From contig OY761556.1 in the NCBI GenBank assembly GCA_963664705.1, forward strand, positions 4,320,001-4,384,000: a stretch of 64,000 nucleotides of DNA. The letters are read 5' to 3'. The translations under genes and the position numbers were made by a program. Each line of letters starts with the position of its first letter. Within the stretch, counting starts at the first letter, position 1. Under the pieces are notes generated by a model, which worked only from the letters and a program-made list of their open reading frames with translations, was not told the DNA's origin and made no database searches. This DNA comes from Acidobacteriota bacterium. GTDB taxonomy: Bacteria > Acidobacteriota > UBA6911. Positions 1-9,329 of the stretch are shown here, in pieces.

Positions 1-1003
1 CATGCATGAAACGGTTCTCAAATATGGTTTCGGTGATGACGGCACTGCCGTCCCCCTGTGTCATCAATGCCATATACTGTGCCTGCATGTCTGTGGGAAA
101 GGCTGGGTAGGGATGCGTAGTCACATTTTTTGACAGGATCGGATCCTTCCCGCGAACCCGGAAGCCATTTGCATCGGTGGTAATATCAGCCCCAGTCTGA
201 GTTAGCTGGGAAAGAACAGACATCAGATGCTGCGGACAGCAGTTTCGAACCTCCACATCCCCCCGAGTAATGGCAGCGGCCACAGCGAAGGTGCCGGCTT
301 CAATGCGATCTGGAATAATGCGATACCGGCATCCGTGCAGTTCCTTAACGCCCTGAATTCGGATGGTGCGGGTTCCATCTCCCTCGATGCGCGCACCCAT
401 GGCTCGCAACAGGCCGGCCAGGTCACTGACCTCGGGCTCACAAGCCGCGTTGTCCAGAATGGTTTCCCCCTCGGCCAGGGTGGCAGCCATCATGAGGTTT
501 TCCGTTCCGGTAACAGTCACCGTATCCATCAGGATACTGGCTCCGTGCAGGCCTTCGGAGGAAGCCTCTACGTATCCATGCACGACGTCGCACTTCGCGC
601 CCATCTGCTCCAGCCCCATCAGGTGCAGGTTCACGGGCCTGGCGCCTATGGCACACCCTCCGGGTAGCGATACTCGGGCTTTTTTAAATCTCGCAACCAG
701 GGGGCCAAGCACCAGGATGGAAGCCCTCATGGTTTTTACCAGCTCATAGGGAGCCTCCGGCGCACGAATATCCGACGCTTTCAGCACAGCGGTGCCATTT
801 TCCTGGACTTCTGCCTCCGCGCCCATTTCCTGCAGCAGCCTGCGCGTTGTCAGAATGTCGCGGACATACGGTATGTTTTCCAGGAACAGCGCCTCAGCAG
901 AAAGCAAAGATGCCGCCATGGCCGGCAGTGCCGCATTCTTTGCACCGCTGACGTCTACGCAGCCCTTCAGGGGGCTCCCTCCAACAACTCGAATCTTATC
1001 CAT
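1..1003 (-). CDS. murA: UDP-N-acetylglucosamine 1-carboxyvinyltransferase (3' end runs off window)
   Basis: Not in ORF track. Manual minus-strand translation from ATG at 1003 gives [27 protein letters not shown]... and ...[12 protein letters not shown]...[13 protein letters not shown] at the window edge. Start overlaps the prmC stop. Confidence 0.95.
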   Translation of the reverse strand, partial: MDKIRVVGGSPLKGCVDVSGAKNAALPAMAASLLSAEALFLENIPYVRDILTTRRLLQEMGAEAEVQENGTAVLKASDIRAPEAPYELVKTMRASILVLGPLVARFKKARVSLPGGCAIGARPVNLHLMGLEQMGAKCDVVHGYVEASSEGLHGASILMDTVTVTGTENLMMAATLAEGETILDNAACEPEVSDLAGLLRAMGARIEGDGTRTIRIQGVKELHGCRYRIIPDRIEAGTFAVAAAITRGDVEVRNCCPQHLMSVLSQLTQTGADITTDANGFRVRGKDPILSKNVTTHPYPAFPTDMQAQYMALMTQGDGSAVITETIFENRFMH

Positions 1004-1871
1004 TAAACACTCCAGGAAGCTTGCGCCCGACGAGGCACCGTGGAATTCCCTGCAGATCGGGCAAAATCGCTTCCACGCTCAACCCCGCATCATTTGCCAG
1101 TTGATGGACTTCGTCTGCCTGTCCCGCGCCGAGTTCAAGCAGAAGGTACCCTCCCGCCCTCAGCCGTGAAGGAACTTCCGGGATCAACTCCTGGTACAGT
1201 TCCATCCCGGTTTCACCCCCAAAAAGAGCGCGGTGCGGCTCGTGATTTCTCACTTCCGGAGGGAGACTACCACAATCTTTCAGCGCGACATAAGGAGGAT
1301 TGCAGAATATGAAATCAAAGGATGGAACACGCGGAAAGCAATCGAGAAGATTCGACCGGATCAGATGAATACGCCCGGAAACTCCATGACGGATCATATT
1401 CCCACGGGCAATCCGAAGCGCAGCCTCCGATATGTCGACCGCACAACCATTACAATCCGGAACTTCGTACGCGATCGAAGCGGCAATGCACCCGGACCCT
1501 GTTCCGATATCAAGAAACCGCGTTCCGCCAGGGGGCTGGTTTCTGATTAAGTGGATCGCCCTTTCAACAAGGATTTCAGTTTCCGGCCGAGGAATCAGAA
1601 CTCCGGGTCCGACGCGAAAGACCAGACCGTAGAATTCCTGTTCGCCCGTGAGATACTGAAGCGGCTCCCCTCCGGTCCGGCGGGTAATCAAACTCTGTAG
1701 GCGTTCCCATGCGTCCCGTGAAAGAACCTCTTCCGGGTGGCTTATCACTCGTACACGATCCCAGCCAAGAACAAATGCAATCAACAGATCCGCCGTGAGG
1801 CGAGGAGACTTTATCTGCGCCCGCTGCAGCTGCTCTTCTGCCCATGCCTTGGCAGTAGCGATCGTGTGCAT
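996..1871 (-). CDS. prmC: Release factor glutamine N5-methyltransferase
   Basis: GEPLQY, VLIPRPETE, DIGTGSGCI and NPPY motifs; directly downstream of prfA. Confidence 0.95.
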   Translation of the reverse strand: MHTIATAKAWAEEQLQRAQIKSPRLTADLLIAFVLGWDRVRVISHPEEVLSRDAWERLQSLITRRTGGEPLQYLTGEQEFYGLVFRVGPGVLIPRPETEILVERAIHLIRNQPPGGTRFLDIGTGSGCIAASIAYEVPDCNGCAVDISEAALRIARGNMIRHGVSGRIHLIRSNLLDCFPRVPSFDFIFCNPPYVALKDCGSLPPEVRNHEPHRALFGGETGMELYQELIPEVPSRLRAGGYLLLELGAGQADEVHQLANDAGLSVEAILPDLQGIPRCLVGRKLPGVFNG

Positions 1872-1938
1872 GGTCGTCTAAACCTCAAAGGCGCGATTAT
1901 TTGAACCAGCGGCTCACCGGCCAAATACACTCTGCCGC

Positions 1939-3006
1939 TTACACGGCTTCTTTCAGCTTTTCCGCCTGGAAGTGCGTAATCAGCGCATCCAGCACGGCGC
2001 TGATATTTCCATCCAGGATATCCGGCAGGTTATGCACCGTCAATCCGATGCGATGATCGGTGACGCGATTCTGTGGGAAGTTGTAGGTTCGTATCTTTTC
2101 GCTTCGATCTCCGCTTTTCACCTGGCTCCGGCGATTTTCGGCAATCGACTTCTGCTGCTCTTCCAGCGCCTTTTCGTACAACCTGGAGCGAAGCACGCGC
2201 ATCGCTTTTGCCCGGTTTTTGATTTGCGATTTTTCATCCTGGCAGGAGACCACTTCGCCGGTCGGGATATGAGTAATGCGAACGGCCGAATAGGTCGTGT
2301 TTACCGACTGGCCACCCGGCCCCGAGGAACAAAATGTATCAATCCGGATATCCTTTTCGTTAATCACAACCTCGACTTCATCCGCCTCGGGCAGCACGGC
2401 AACCGTCACAGCCGAGGTATGGATGCGGCCATTTGCTTCTGTTGCAGGAACGCGCTGAACTCTATGGGTTCCACTTTCGTACTTCAGCTTGCTGTAGGCA
2501 CGATCCCCTTCCAGCATGGCAATAATTTCTTTGAAGCCACCTACCTCAGATTCGTGCTCCTCCATGATTTCGACGCGCCAGCCGGAACGTTCCGCATACC
2601 TGGAATACATGCGGAATAGCTCCGCGGCAAACAAGGTTGCCTCGTTGCCCCCGGTTCCCGCCCGGATTTCCAGGAGCACGTTCTTTTCGTCATTGGGATC
2701 TTTGGGCATCAGAAGAACCTGCAGCGCCTTCTGGCATTCCGTCTCCTGCGTCTGCAGGGACTGCAGCTCTTCATCGACCATCTTTTTCATTTCGGAATCG
2801 GTTTCCGACTCAACAAGAACTTTCGTATCCTCGATCCCCTGAAGGACAGTCTTGTATTCGCGAAATTTTTCCACCACGGCATACAGGTCCCGATGGGCTT
2901 TTGCCTGCTTCTGATAAGCAGCCTGATCCGCAAGAATCACAGGATCTGCGAGCGAAGCGGTTATTTCATCAAACTTCTTTTCAAGGGCATTTAGTTTGTC
3001 AATCAT
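1939..3006 (-). CDS. prfA: Peptide chain release factor 1
   Basis: GGQ motif ([10 protein letters not shown]), [29 protein letters not shown]. Confidence 0.97.
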   Translation of the reverse strand: MIDKLNALEKKFDEITASLADPVILADQAAYQKQAKAHRDLYAVVEKFREYKTVLQGIEDTKVLVESETDSEMKKMVDEELQSLQTQETECQKALQVLLMPKDPNDEKNVLLEIRAGTGGNEATLFAAELFRMYSRYAERSGWRVEIMEEHESEVGGFKEIIAMLEGDRAYSKLKYESGTHRVQRVPATEANGRIHTSAVTVAVLPEADEVEVVINEKDIRIDTFCSSGPGGQSVNTTYSAVRITHIPTGEVVSCQDEKSQIKNRAKAMRVLRSRLYEKALEEQQKSIAENRRSQVKSGDRSEKIRTYNFPQNRVTDHRIGLTVHNLPDILDGNISAVLDALITHFQAEKLKEAV

Positions 3007-3054
3007 AGGGTATCCATGAAAGGAATGGAGGCAAAAGGACGCGGGCGTGTCCCG

Positions 3055-4023
3055 CTAGGCGGCTGTCTGCTCTTCTCGAGCTTTGATTCCATCCAGCTCC
3101 AGCGATTCCTTGAGGGCGCGGATGGCAATTTCCAGCTGGTCGTCCGACGGCTCTTTGGTGGTAATGCGCTGCAGCGTCAACCCGGGTAGTACCATCAGCC
3201 GGAAAACTCCCCGTTGGTATCGCGAAGCCGAGAAACGTATCAGCTCATACGATAAACCGGATACAACCGGCACCAGCACGATGCGCGAAAGGAATATCGC
3301 CCAGAAAGCGCTCAATTTGAAGATTGAGAAAACAATAATGCTCACCACCATCACAACCAGCAGGAAGCTGGTCCCACAGCGCGGATGCAATGTCGACTTC
3401 TTGCGGGCATTGTCTATGGTCAGCTCTTCCTTGGCTTCCCAGGTATGCACAACTTTGTGCTCGGCTCCGTGATATTGAAAAACACGGCGGATATCCTTCA
3501 GAAAGCTGATCACAATGATGTAGGTCAGGAAGAAAATAACGCGGATCAGGCCATCAACGAGGTTGAAAACCAGCCAGTTGTGTACAGCGGGAATATACCC
3601 CCGCAACCAGCTTGTAATCCAAAGGGGCAGCAGGATAAAAAGAAGAACCGCGACTGCCACGCCCAAAACCATGGACATGGCAACCGGCACAAACGAGTTC
3701 TCTTTTTCGCTTTTCTGGGATTTTTTCTTCTTATCGTTCTCATCAATGTCTGCCATCGAGGCATTGATGGAGAAATTCAGGGTTCGAATCCCCAGATACA
3801 AGGATTGAACCAGGACCGCAAAACCCCGAATGACAAACCAGGATAGAGGCTTCCAGTACTCGGACACACGCTTGACGGGCTCCTTTTTGACTTCTATGGA
3901 GCCATCAGCGCGACGGACGGCAACGGCATAGGCATGAGGCGTACGCATCATGACCCCTTCGATGACCGCCTGCCCCCCAACCAGTATGTCTTCAGGCGAA
4001 GCTTTGGCTTTATTGTCCGACAT
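3055..4023 (-). CDS. DUF1385 family membrane protein
   Basis: VGGQAVIEGVMM, FQYHGAEHK and HPRCGTSF motifs; usual rpmE-DUF1385-prfA context. Confidence 0.9.
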   Translation of the reverse strand: MSDNKAKASPEDILVGGQAVIEGVMMRTPHAYAVAVRRADGSIEVKKEPVKRVSEYWKPLSWFVIRGFAVLVQSLYLGIRTLNFSINASMADIDENDKKKKSQKSEKENSFVPVAMSMVLGVAVAVLLFILLPLWITSWLRGYIPAVHNWLVFNLVDGLIRVIFFLTYIIVISFLKDIRRVFQYHGAEHKVVHTWEAKEELTIDNARKKSTLHPRCGTSFLLVVMVVSIIVFSIFKLSAFWAIFLSRIVLVPVVSGLSYELIRFSASRYQRGVFRLMVLPGLTLQRITTKEPSDDQLEIAIRALKESLELDGIKAREEQTAA

Positions 4024-4038
4024 CGACAATCTCAGGAC

Positions 4039-4254
4039 CTAGACCGATTTCTTCTTATCCAAACCGTAGCGCTTCTGGAACCGCTCAATACGACCGGCGG
4101 TATCAATCAGCTTCTGCTTTCCGGTAAAGAAAGGATGACAGGCGGAGCACATTTCCAACCGGATCTCCGACTTTGTAGACCGTGTCTCAAATTTGTTACC
4201 GCAGGCGCAAGTCACAACAATCTTTTGATATTTGGGATGAATTCCTTCTCTCAT
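4039..4254 (-). CDS. rpmE: 50S ribosomal protein L31 (Zn-binding form)
   Basis: MREGIHPKY...CACG...[13 protein letters not shown]; start trimmed to ATG at 4254 with GAGGA RBS. Confidence 0.96.
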   Translation of the reverse strand: MREGIHPKYQKIVVTCACGNKFETRSTKSEIRLEMCSACHPFFTGKQKLIDTAGRIERFQKRYGLDKKKSV

Positions 4255-4308
4255 TTCGTCCTCTTCATTCGGGCACACTCCAAGCGAGCGGCACAAGATA
4301 AAACGCAA

Positions 4309-4317
4309 AGTATACCA
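4309..4317 (-). promoter_or_regulatory. Extended -10 promoter (TGGTATACT) for the rpmE-prfA operon
   Basis: TGnTATACT on minus strand about 55 nt upstream of the rpmE ATG; no clear -35. Confidence 0.5.
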
Positions 4318-4358
4318 TTGAGAACAATCTGCCGCCAGCCATTTTCGATAGGGAAAGG

Positions 4359-4467
4359 GATTCGAGATTCCTGATTTCAGATTCCGGCAGGTAAGTAGGT
4401 GTCGTTGGCGGGATGGCGGTGTTTCCCAGTGGGTTGGCAGGAATTTGGAATCCGGAATCAGAAATCG
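4359..4467. repeat. Inverted pair of degenerate heptamer tandem arrays (GATTYCN x4 / GGAATYN x4)
   Basis: gattcga gattcct gatttca gattccg (4359-4386) and ggaattt ggaatcc ggaatca gaaatcg (4440-4467). Confidence 0.75.
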
Positions 4468-4615
4468 GCTGTCCCTGTGCCTGCAACTCAAAAGGAATCA
4501 ACATGAAAACTTGTCCAATAGATTTTATTGTGGTAGTGTGTACCGTTCTTTTGCTCCCCGTTGCAGAATCTGATCAGTTCGGATGAACTGCAATGCCCAA
4601 AACTCTATGGGGATA

Positions 4616-5569
4616 ATGAAGGTATACTTTCATAATAACTGTTTTGACGGGCTGGCTTCGGCCTCTGTTTTCAGCAATTTTTACGTAAACTCCATCCGAA
4701 AAAATTGTGAATTTCAGTATGAGGGATTGGCTCATCGCGCCGGCCAGTTATTTCTGGATGTGCAGTTTGACGGGGATGAGAACGCCATCGTGGATTTCAA
4801 ATATTCGAGCGATCCACGCCTGACGTGGTGGTTTGACCACCATCAAAGTGCATTCCTAAGTCCTGAGGATGAAGCGCACTTCCGGGCTGATCGCAGCGGA
4901 AGAAAATTCCACGATCCAACCTACCGCTCCTGTACGAAGTTCATCGTAGAAATGCTCCAGAAGCACTTCGGGTTCGATTCCAGCCGCCTAAGCGAATTGA
5001 TCAAGTGGGCCGATATTATTGATGGCGCACAATTTGTGAGCGCACAAAGCGCGGTGGAACTCCAGGAATCGGCAATGAAGCTGATGATGGTCATTGAAGG
5101 GGTTCGCGACAGCAATCGGATCTATGGACTCATCGGCGAATTCCAGAAGAGATCCATGGACGAAATCATGCAGCTGGATTGGGTCCAGGAATCCTTCCGG
5201 CCTCTCTATGAACGGCATCTGCGTTCTATCGACATTATCAAACGGCATGCACACTGCTCGGATAGCACTGTTTTCTTTGATATCAGCGGCCACGACCTGG
5301 AGGGCTACAACAAGTTCATCCCCTATTATCTCTTCCCGCAGGCCACCTACTGTGTCGGAGTAAGTCTTTCAAGTTTCAGAGCCAAGATCTCGGTCGGCTC
5401 CAATCCCTGGAGTCCTCGCCCGCGCAGGCAGAATCTGGCAGCACTTTGTGAGCGCCACGGAGGAGGAGGACATCCGGTCGTCGGCGCAATCTCCTTTGCC
5501 CCAAATGAACTGGAAAAAGCCAGAGCCATTGCCCAGGAGATTGCAGCTGAATTGCGCAAAGACCCCTAG
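4616..5569 (+). CDS. DHH/DHHA1-family phosphoesterase-like protein
   Basis: HNNCFDG, IVDF, WFDHH and C-terminal GGGGHPVVGA motifs; start trimmed to MKVYFH. Confidence 0.8.
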   Translation: MKVYFHNNCFDGLASASVFSNFYVNSIRKNCEFQYEGLAHRAGQLFLDVQFDGDENAIVDFKYSSDPRLTWWFDHHQSAFLSPEDEAHFRADRSGRKFHDPTYRSCTKFIVEMLQKHFGFDSSRLSELIKWADIIDGAQFVSAQSAVELQESAMKLMMVIEGVRDSNRIYGLIGEFQKRSMDEIMQLDWVQESFRPLYERHLRSIDIIKRHAHCSDSTVFFDISGHDLEGYNKFIPYYLFPQATYCVGVSLSSFRAKISVGSNPWSPRPRRQNLAALCERHGGGGHPVVGAISFAPNELEKARAIAQEIAAELRKDP

Positions 5570-5574
5570 TCGCT

Positions 5575-6816
5575 ATGCCCGAAACCGACTCTCTGCAGCA
5601 TCCTCGCCTGCGGCCGGTGGAAGCATTCCCGGTCCAAATGAATAATCAGGAATATGTTTGTGTGCGGGATCCACAAACCCTTGCCGAGCAACCCATCTTT
5701 TTGAATCAAACACTTCTATTCCTCGTTTCGCGCATGGACGGGGAGCATTCGCTGCGCGATATCCAGGCGGAGTTCTTCCGCGCCAGTGGAGAAATCCTTC
5801 CGATTGAAACGCTGGAAACCCTGGTCCGGCAACTGGATGAACAGCATTATCTCGACAGCCCCTCCTTTAGTGTCTATTACAGGGGCTTGCTGGACCAGTA
5901 TCTGGCCGCTCCTTCCCGCCCGGCGCGCCATGCGGGATCCGCGTATGAAGCGACGCCAGAAGCTCTCTCTGCACAAATTAAGGACTTCTTTGCTCTGCCC
6001 GAAGGTCCCGGTAATAATTCCATCCCGGATATCTCACGGCCGCTGCGCGGGCTGATTTCGCCGCATATTGATTTCACCCGGGGCGGGAGCACTTATGCCC
6101 ATGCCTACAAAGCACTTGCCGATAGTCCCAAAGCGGATCTCTACATCCTGTTTGGCACCTGTCACACGCCGATGCCGGCGCGATTCGCCATAACCGATAA
6201 GGACTATGAGACTCCACTGGGAACAGTCAAAACGGACAAGGATTTCGTCGCACGGCTTCAATCCCGTGTGGGAAATCGGTATATGGATGGTTTTTCACAC
6301 CGCAATGAGCACTCGCTTGAATTCCAGGTTGTCTTTCTGCGCTATATCATGCGAAAGAAGCCGGACTTCAAGATAGTCCCAATCCTGGTCAACTCCTTCC
6401 AGGACATCTATTCCTCCGGCAGAACAGCTCAGGAAGACCCCGAGATCAGCGCTATCGTCGGAGCTATCCGCGAAACCATGCAGGAAACGAGGGGACGCAT
6501 CTGCATTATCGCCGGAGCGGATTTGGCTCACGTGGGAAAGCGCTTTGGTGACCCTTCCGGTCCCACCGAACAGTCCCTGCAAAAAGTCGAACGCGAAGAC
6601 CGCATTTTTCTTCATTTCATCGAGCAGGGAGACGCGGAAGGCATGTTCTGTTCAATCGCCGAAGAAGACGACCGTCGAAGAGTCTGCGGATATCCTCCAA
6701 TTTATATGACCCTTCGCTGCATGGACCAGCCGCGAGGCAAACTTCTTCAATACCGGCAATGGTCCGACCTGAGTGCCGGGGCCGCCGTCACCTACGCCGC
6801 ATTGGCATTGTATTGA
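5575..6816 (+). CDS. Memo-family protein (AmmeMemoRadiSam system protein B, long form)
   Basis: HAGSAY, ISPHID, EHSLEFQ, ADLAHVG and VCG motifs, with an N-terminal extension. Confidence 0.85.
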   Translation: MPETDSLQHPRLRPVEAFPVQMNNQEYVCVRDPQTLAEQPIFLNQTLLFLVSRMDGEHSLRDIQAEFFRASGEILPIETLETLVRQLDEQHYLDSPSFSVYYRGLLDQYLAAPSRPARHAGSAYEATPEALSAQIKDFFALPEGPGNNSIPDISRPLRGLISPHIDFTRGGSTYAHAYKALADSPKADLYILFGTCHTPMPARFAITDKDYETPLGTVKTDKDFVARLQSRVGNRYMDGFSHRNEHSLEFQVVFLRYIMRKKPDFKIVPILVNSFQDIYSSGRTAQEDPEISAIVGAIRETMQETRGRICIIAGADLAHVGKRFGDPSGPTEQSLQKVEREDRIFLHFIEQGDAEGMFCSIAEEDDRRRVCGYPPIYMTLRCMDQPRGKLLQYRQWSDLSAGAAVTYAALALY

Positions 6817-6911
6817 TCCGCCAGTTACAATTTGACTGTCAGGTTGAAGATTCCTTCGTGATGAATTCATAGCGTTCCGCGGCCGGTTTGGGATAGAGTG
6901 TATAGACCACC

Positions 6912-8054
6912 ATGCCTGAAGAGACAATTCTTGTAGTTGACGATGAGCTGGCCAATCTCCAGAAACTCCATCGAACGTTCATCCATCGCTATCCCGTTTT
7001 GAGCGCCGGCTCCGGGAGTGAAGCTCTGGAACTGGCCCGGAAAAATGAAAATGTCGCGGTCATCATTGCAGACCAGCGAATGCCGGACATGACAGGGATA
7101 GAACTCCTGCGGAAGACCCTCGATATTCTGCCGCACGCAATTCGCATCATCTTGACCGGGTATACAGACAGCGATGTGCTTATGGAAGCCATCAACAGCT
7201 GCAAAGTGTTTCGCTATATCGTCAAGCCATGGGAACCGCCGGACCTGCTGATAACAGTGGAACGCGGACTGGAAGCTTATCGACTGGCGCGGGAGAACGA
7301 GCTTTTTCGCAAGGAACTGGTTCGCAGGGAGCGCCTGGCTCGCGAATTGGAAATTGCCAGGGAAATTCAGCGATATATTCTCCCGCCTGCCGCCCCGGAA
7401 ATGGACGGATATGAAATGGCGGTGGAGTATCATCCAGCTCGCGAGGTGGGAGGCGACCTTTATGATTTTGAGTGCGATTCCAATGCGCTCCAGGTCATAA
7501 TCGGCGATGTATCTGGAAAATCAATCCCCGCAGCACTTTACGGAGCTGTTTTCAGCGGGCAATTGCGAGCTCTTTTCCCGGCAGGCAAATCCCCCGCGGA
7601 TGCACTCGAATTTCTCAACAGCAACCTCGTAGCCAGATACCAGTCAGGCAATTATATTGCTGTAACATATTGCCGGCTTAATCTTGAGGATGGCTCAGGT
7701 ATACTTGCTAACGGGGGCATGCCTTTCCCCTTCCTCGTTCGAGGGAATACCGTCACCAGGCTGACAGTGCCGGGAGTACCACTTGGATTGCTGGAGGGAA
7801 CCAGCTACAAACCGCTGGATTTTCATTTGGATCCGGAAGATACGCTGGTTCTATTCAGTGATGGAACGACGGACGCATTAAACAAAGAAGAACATTTTTA
7901 CGATATTGATCGCTTTGCGGAATCCATCCAGCGCCATTCGACTCTGAATGTGGCCGGGATGCTGAAGAGTGCGTACTCGGATGTAATGGAGTTTATCGCG
8001 GGCGCCGAATTAAGCGACGATATAACGATGATTGCCTTGCGGCGAACAAAATAG
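6912..8054 (+). CDS. Response regulator receiver + PP2C/SpoIIE (RsbU-like) phosphatase
   Basis: LVVDDE...IADQRMP...KPW receiver; VGGDLYD, IGDVSGK, FSDG and DDIT phosphatase motifs. Confidence 0.9.
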   Translation: MPEETILVVDDELANLQKLHRTFIHRYPVLSAGSGSEALELARKNENVAVIIADQRMPDMTGIELLRKTLDILPHAIRIILTGYTDSDVLMEAINSCKVFRYIVKPWEPPDLLITVERGLEAYRLARENELFRKELVRRERLARELEIAREIQRYILPPAAPEMDGYEMAVEYHPAREVGGDLYDFECDSNALQVIIGDVSGKSIPAALYGAVFSGQLRALFPAGKSPADALEFLNSNLVARYQSGNYIAVTYCRLNLEDGSGILANGGMPFPFLVRGNTVTRLTVPGVPLGLLEGTSYKPLDFHLDPEDTLVLFSDGTTDALNKEEHFYDIDRFAESIQRHSTLNVAGMLKSAYSDVMEFIAGAELSDDITMIALRRTK

Positions 8055-8063
8055 GGGTCACAC

Positions 8064-9329
8064 ATGCTGCTTATCAGAAATATCGCGCAAATCGTCACGC
8101 TCGGCGGAGGGCCGATCCCAAGGGTAGGCAATTCAATGTCCAACCTTGGCATTATCGAAAACGGCGCCATCCTGATTCGCGGGGAACGAATTGTGTGGGT
8201 GGGCCCCACCAAAGACCTTCCGGTTCGAGAACCCGGAATCCGGTACCAGACTTTGGACGGCGTCGGGCTGGATTTGGTAGCGATTCCCGGCTTCGTCGAC
8301 CCGCACACGCACCCGATCTTTGCGGGCACTCGTGTTGACGAGTATGACCTTCGCATTCAAGGCAAGAGCTACGATGAAATCGCGGCCGAAGGTGGAGGCA
8401 TTTCGGAAAGCGTCGGACAGTTGCGAGCAGCCACCCATAGCCAACTCCTGGAGAGATCCGAACGCTATTTCAGGAGCTTCCTTTCCCATGGAACCACGAC
8501 CATCGAAGCCAAAAGCGGCTATGGTTTGAGTTTTGATGATGAGCTGAAGAGCATGCATGTCCTGGGTGCACTCCGTGAGCGCAGCCGGCTGGAAATCGTC
8601 CCGACCTTTATGGGGGCGCATGCGATCCCGGTGGAATATGCCGCTTCCAGAGACCAGTATATTCGGCAGGTCACCGACAGGATGATTCCGCAGGTGGTCG
8701 GCGAAGGGCTGGCACATTACTGCGATGTTTTCTGCGAAAAAGGCTATTTTACCGTGGAGGAAGCTCGAACCATTTTAAAGGCGGCAAAAGAGGCGGGATT
8801 GGGCCTGCGCGTTCATGCCGATGAACTGTCCCCCAGCGGTGGAGCCATGCTTGCCGCAGAGCTGGAAGCCGCCAGTGCCGACCATTTGCAATATATTGAC
8901 GACGTCGGCATTGAAGCTTTGAAACAGGCGGGGACGGTGGCGACGCTCCTCCCCGGCACCGCATTCAATCTGGGGATGATGAAATATCCGCCTGCGCGAA
9001 AGCTGATCTCCGCGGGAGTGCCGGTGGCACTGGGCACCGATTTCAACCCGGGAACCTGTTTCACGCTCAACATGCAGATCATTCTGGCGATTGCATGTAC
9101 CCAGATGCGCATGACGCCTGCCGAGGCCATAACCGCGGCAACGGTCAATAGCGCCTACTCCCTGGGCCTTTCGGACAGGCTGGGGACCATCGAAGAAGGA
9201 AAGCAGGCGGACATCGTTCTCATGGACGTGTCGGATTATCGGGAATTGCCCTACTTTTTTGGCATCAACCATTGTGTCGTGACGGTCAAGAAGGGAAATG
9301 TCGTTATCAACAGATTGGAACAGCCTTGA
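8064..9329 (+). CDS. hutI: Imidazolonepropionase
   Basis: PGFVDPHTH, GTTTIEAKSGYGL, CDVFCE, HADE, SADHL, TDFNPG. Confidence 0.93.
   Translation: MLLIRNIAQIVTLGGGPIPRVGNSMSNLGIIENGAILIRGERIVWVGPTKDLPVREPGIRYQTLDGVGLDLVAIPGFVDPHTHPIFAGTRVDEYDLRIQGKSYDEIAAEGGGISESVGQLRAATHSQLLERSERYFRSFLSHGTTTIEAKSGYGLSFDDELKSMHVLGALRERSRLEIVPTFMGAHAIPVEYAASRDQYIRQVTDRMIPQVVGEGLAHYCDVFCEKGYFTVEEARTILKAAKEAGLGLRVHADELSPSGGAMLAAELEAASADHLQYIDDVGIEALKQAGTVATLLPGTAFNLGMMKYPPARKLISAGVPVALGTDFNPGTCFTLNMQIILAIACTQMRMTPAEAITAATVNSAYSLGLSDRLGTIEEGKQADIVLMDVSDYRELPYFFGINHCVVTVKKGNVVINRLEQP

Noticed and set aside
223-1169. Several short ORFs at the window start
   Set aside because: Region is explained by murA on the minus strand.
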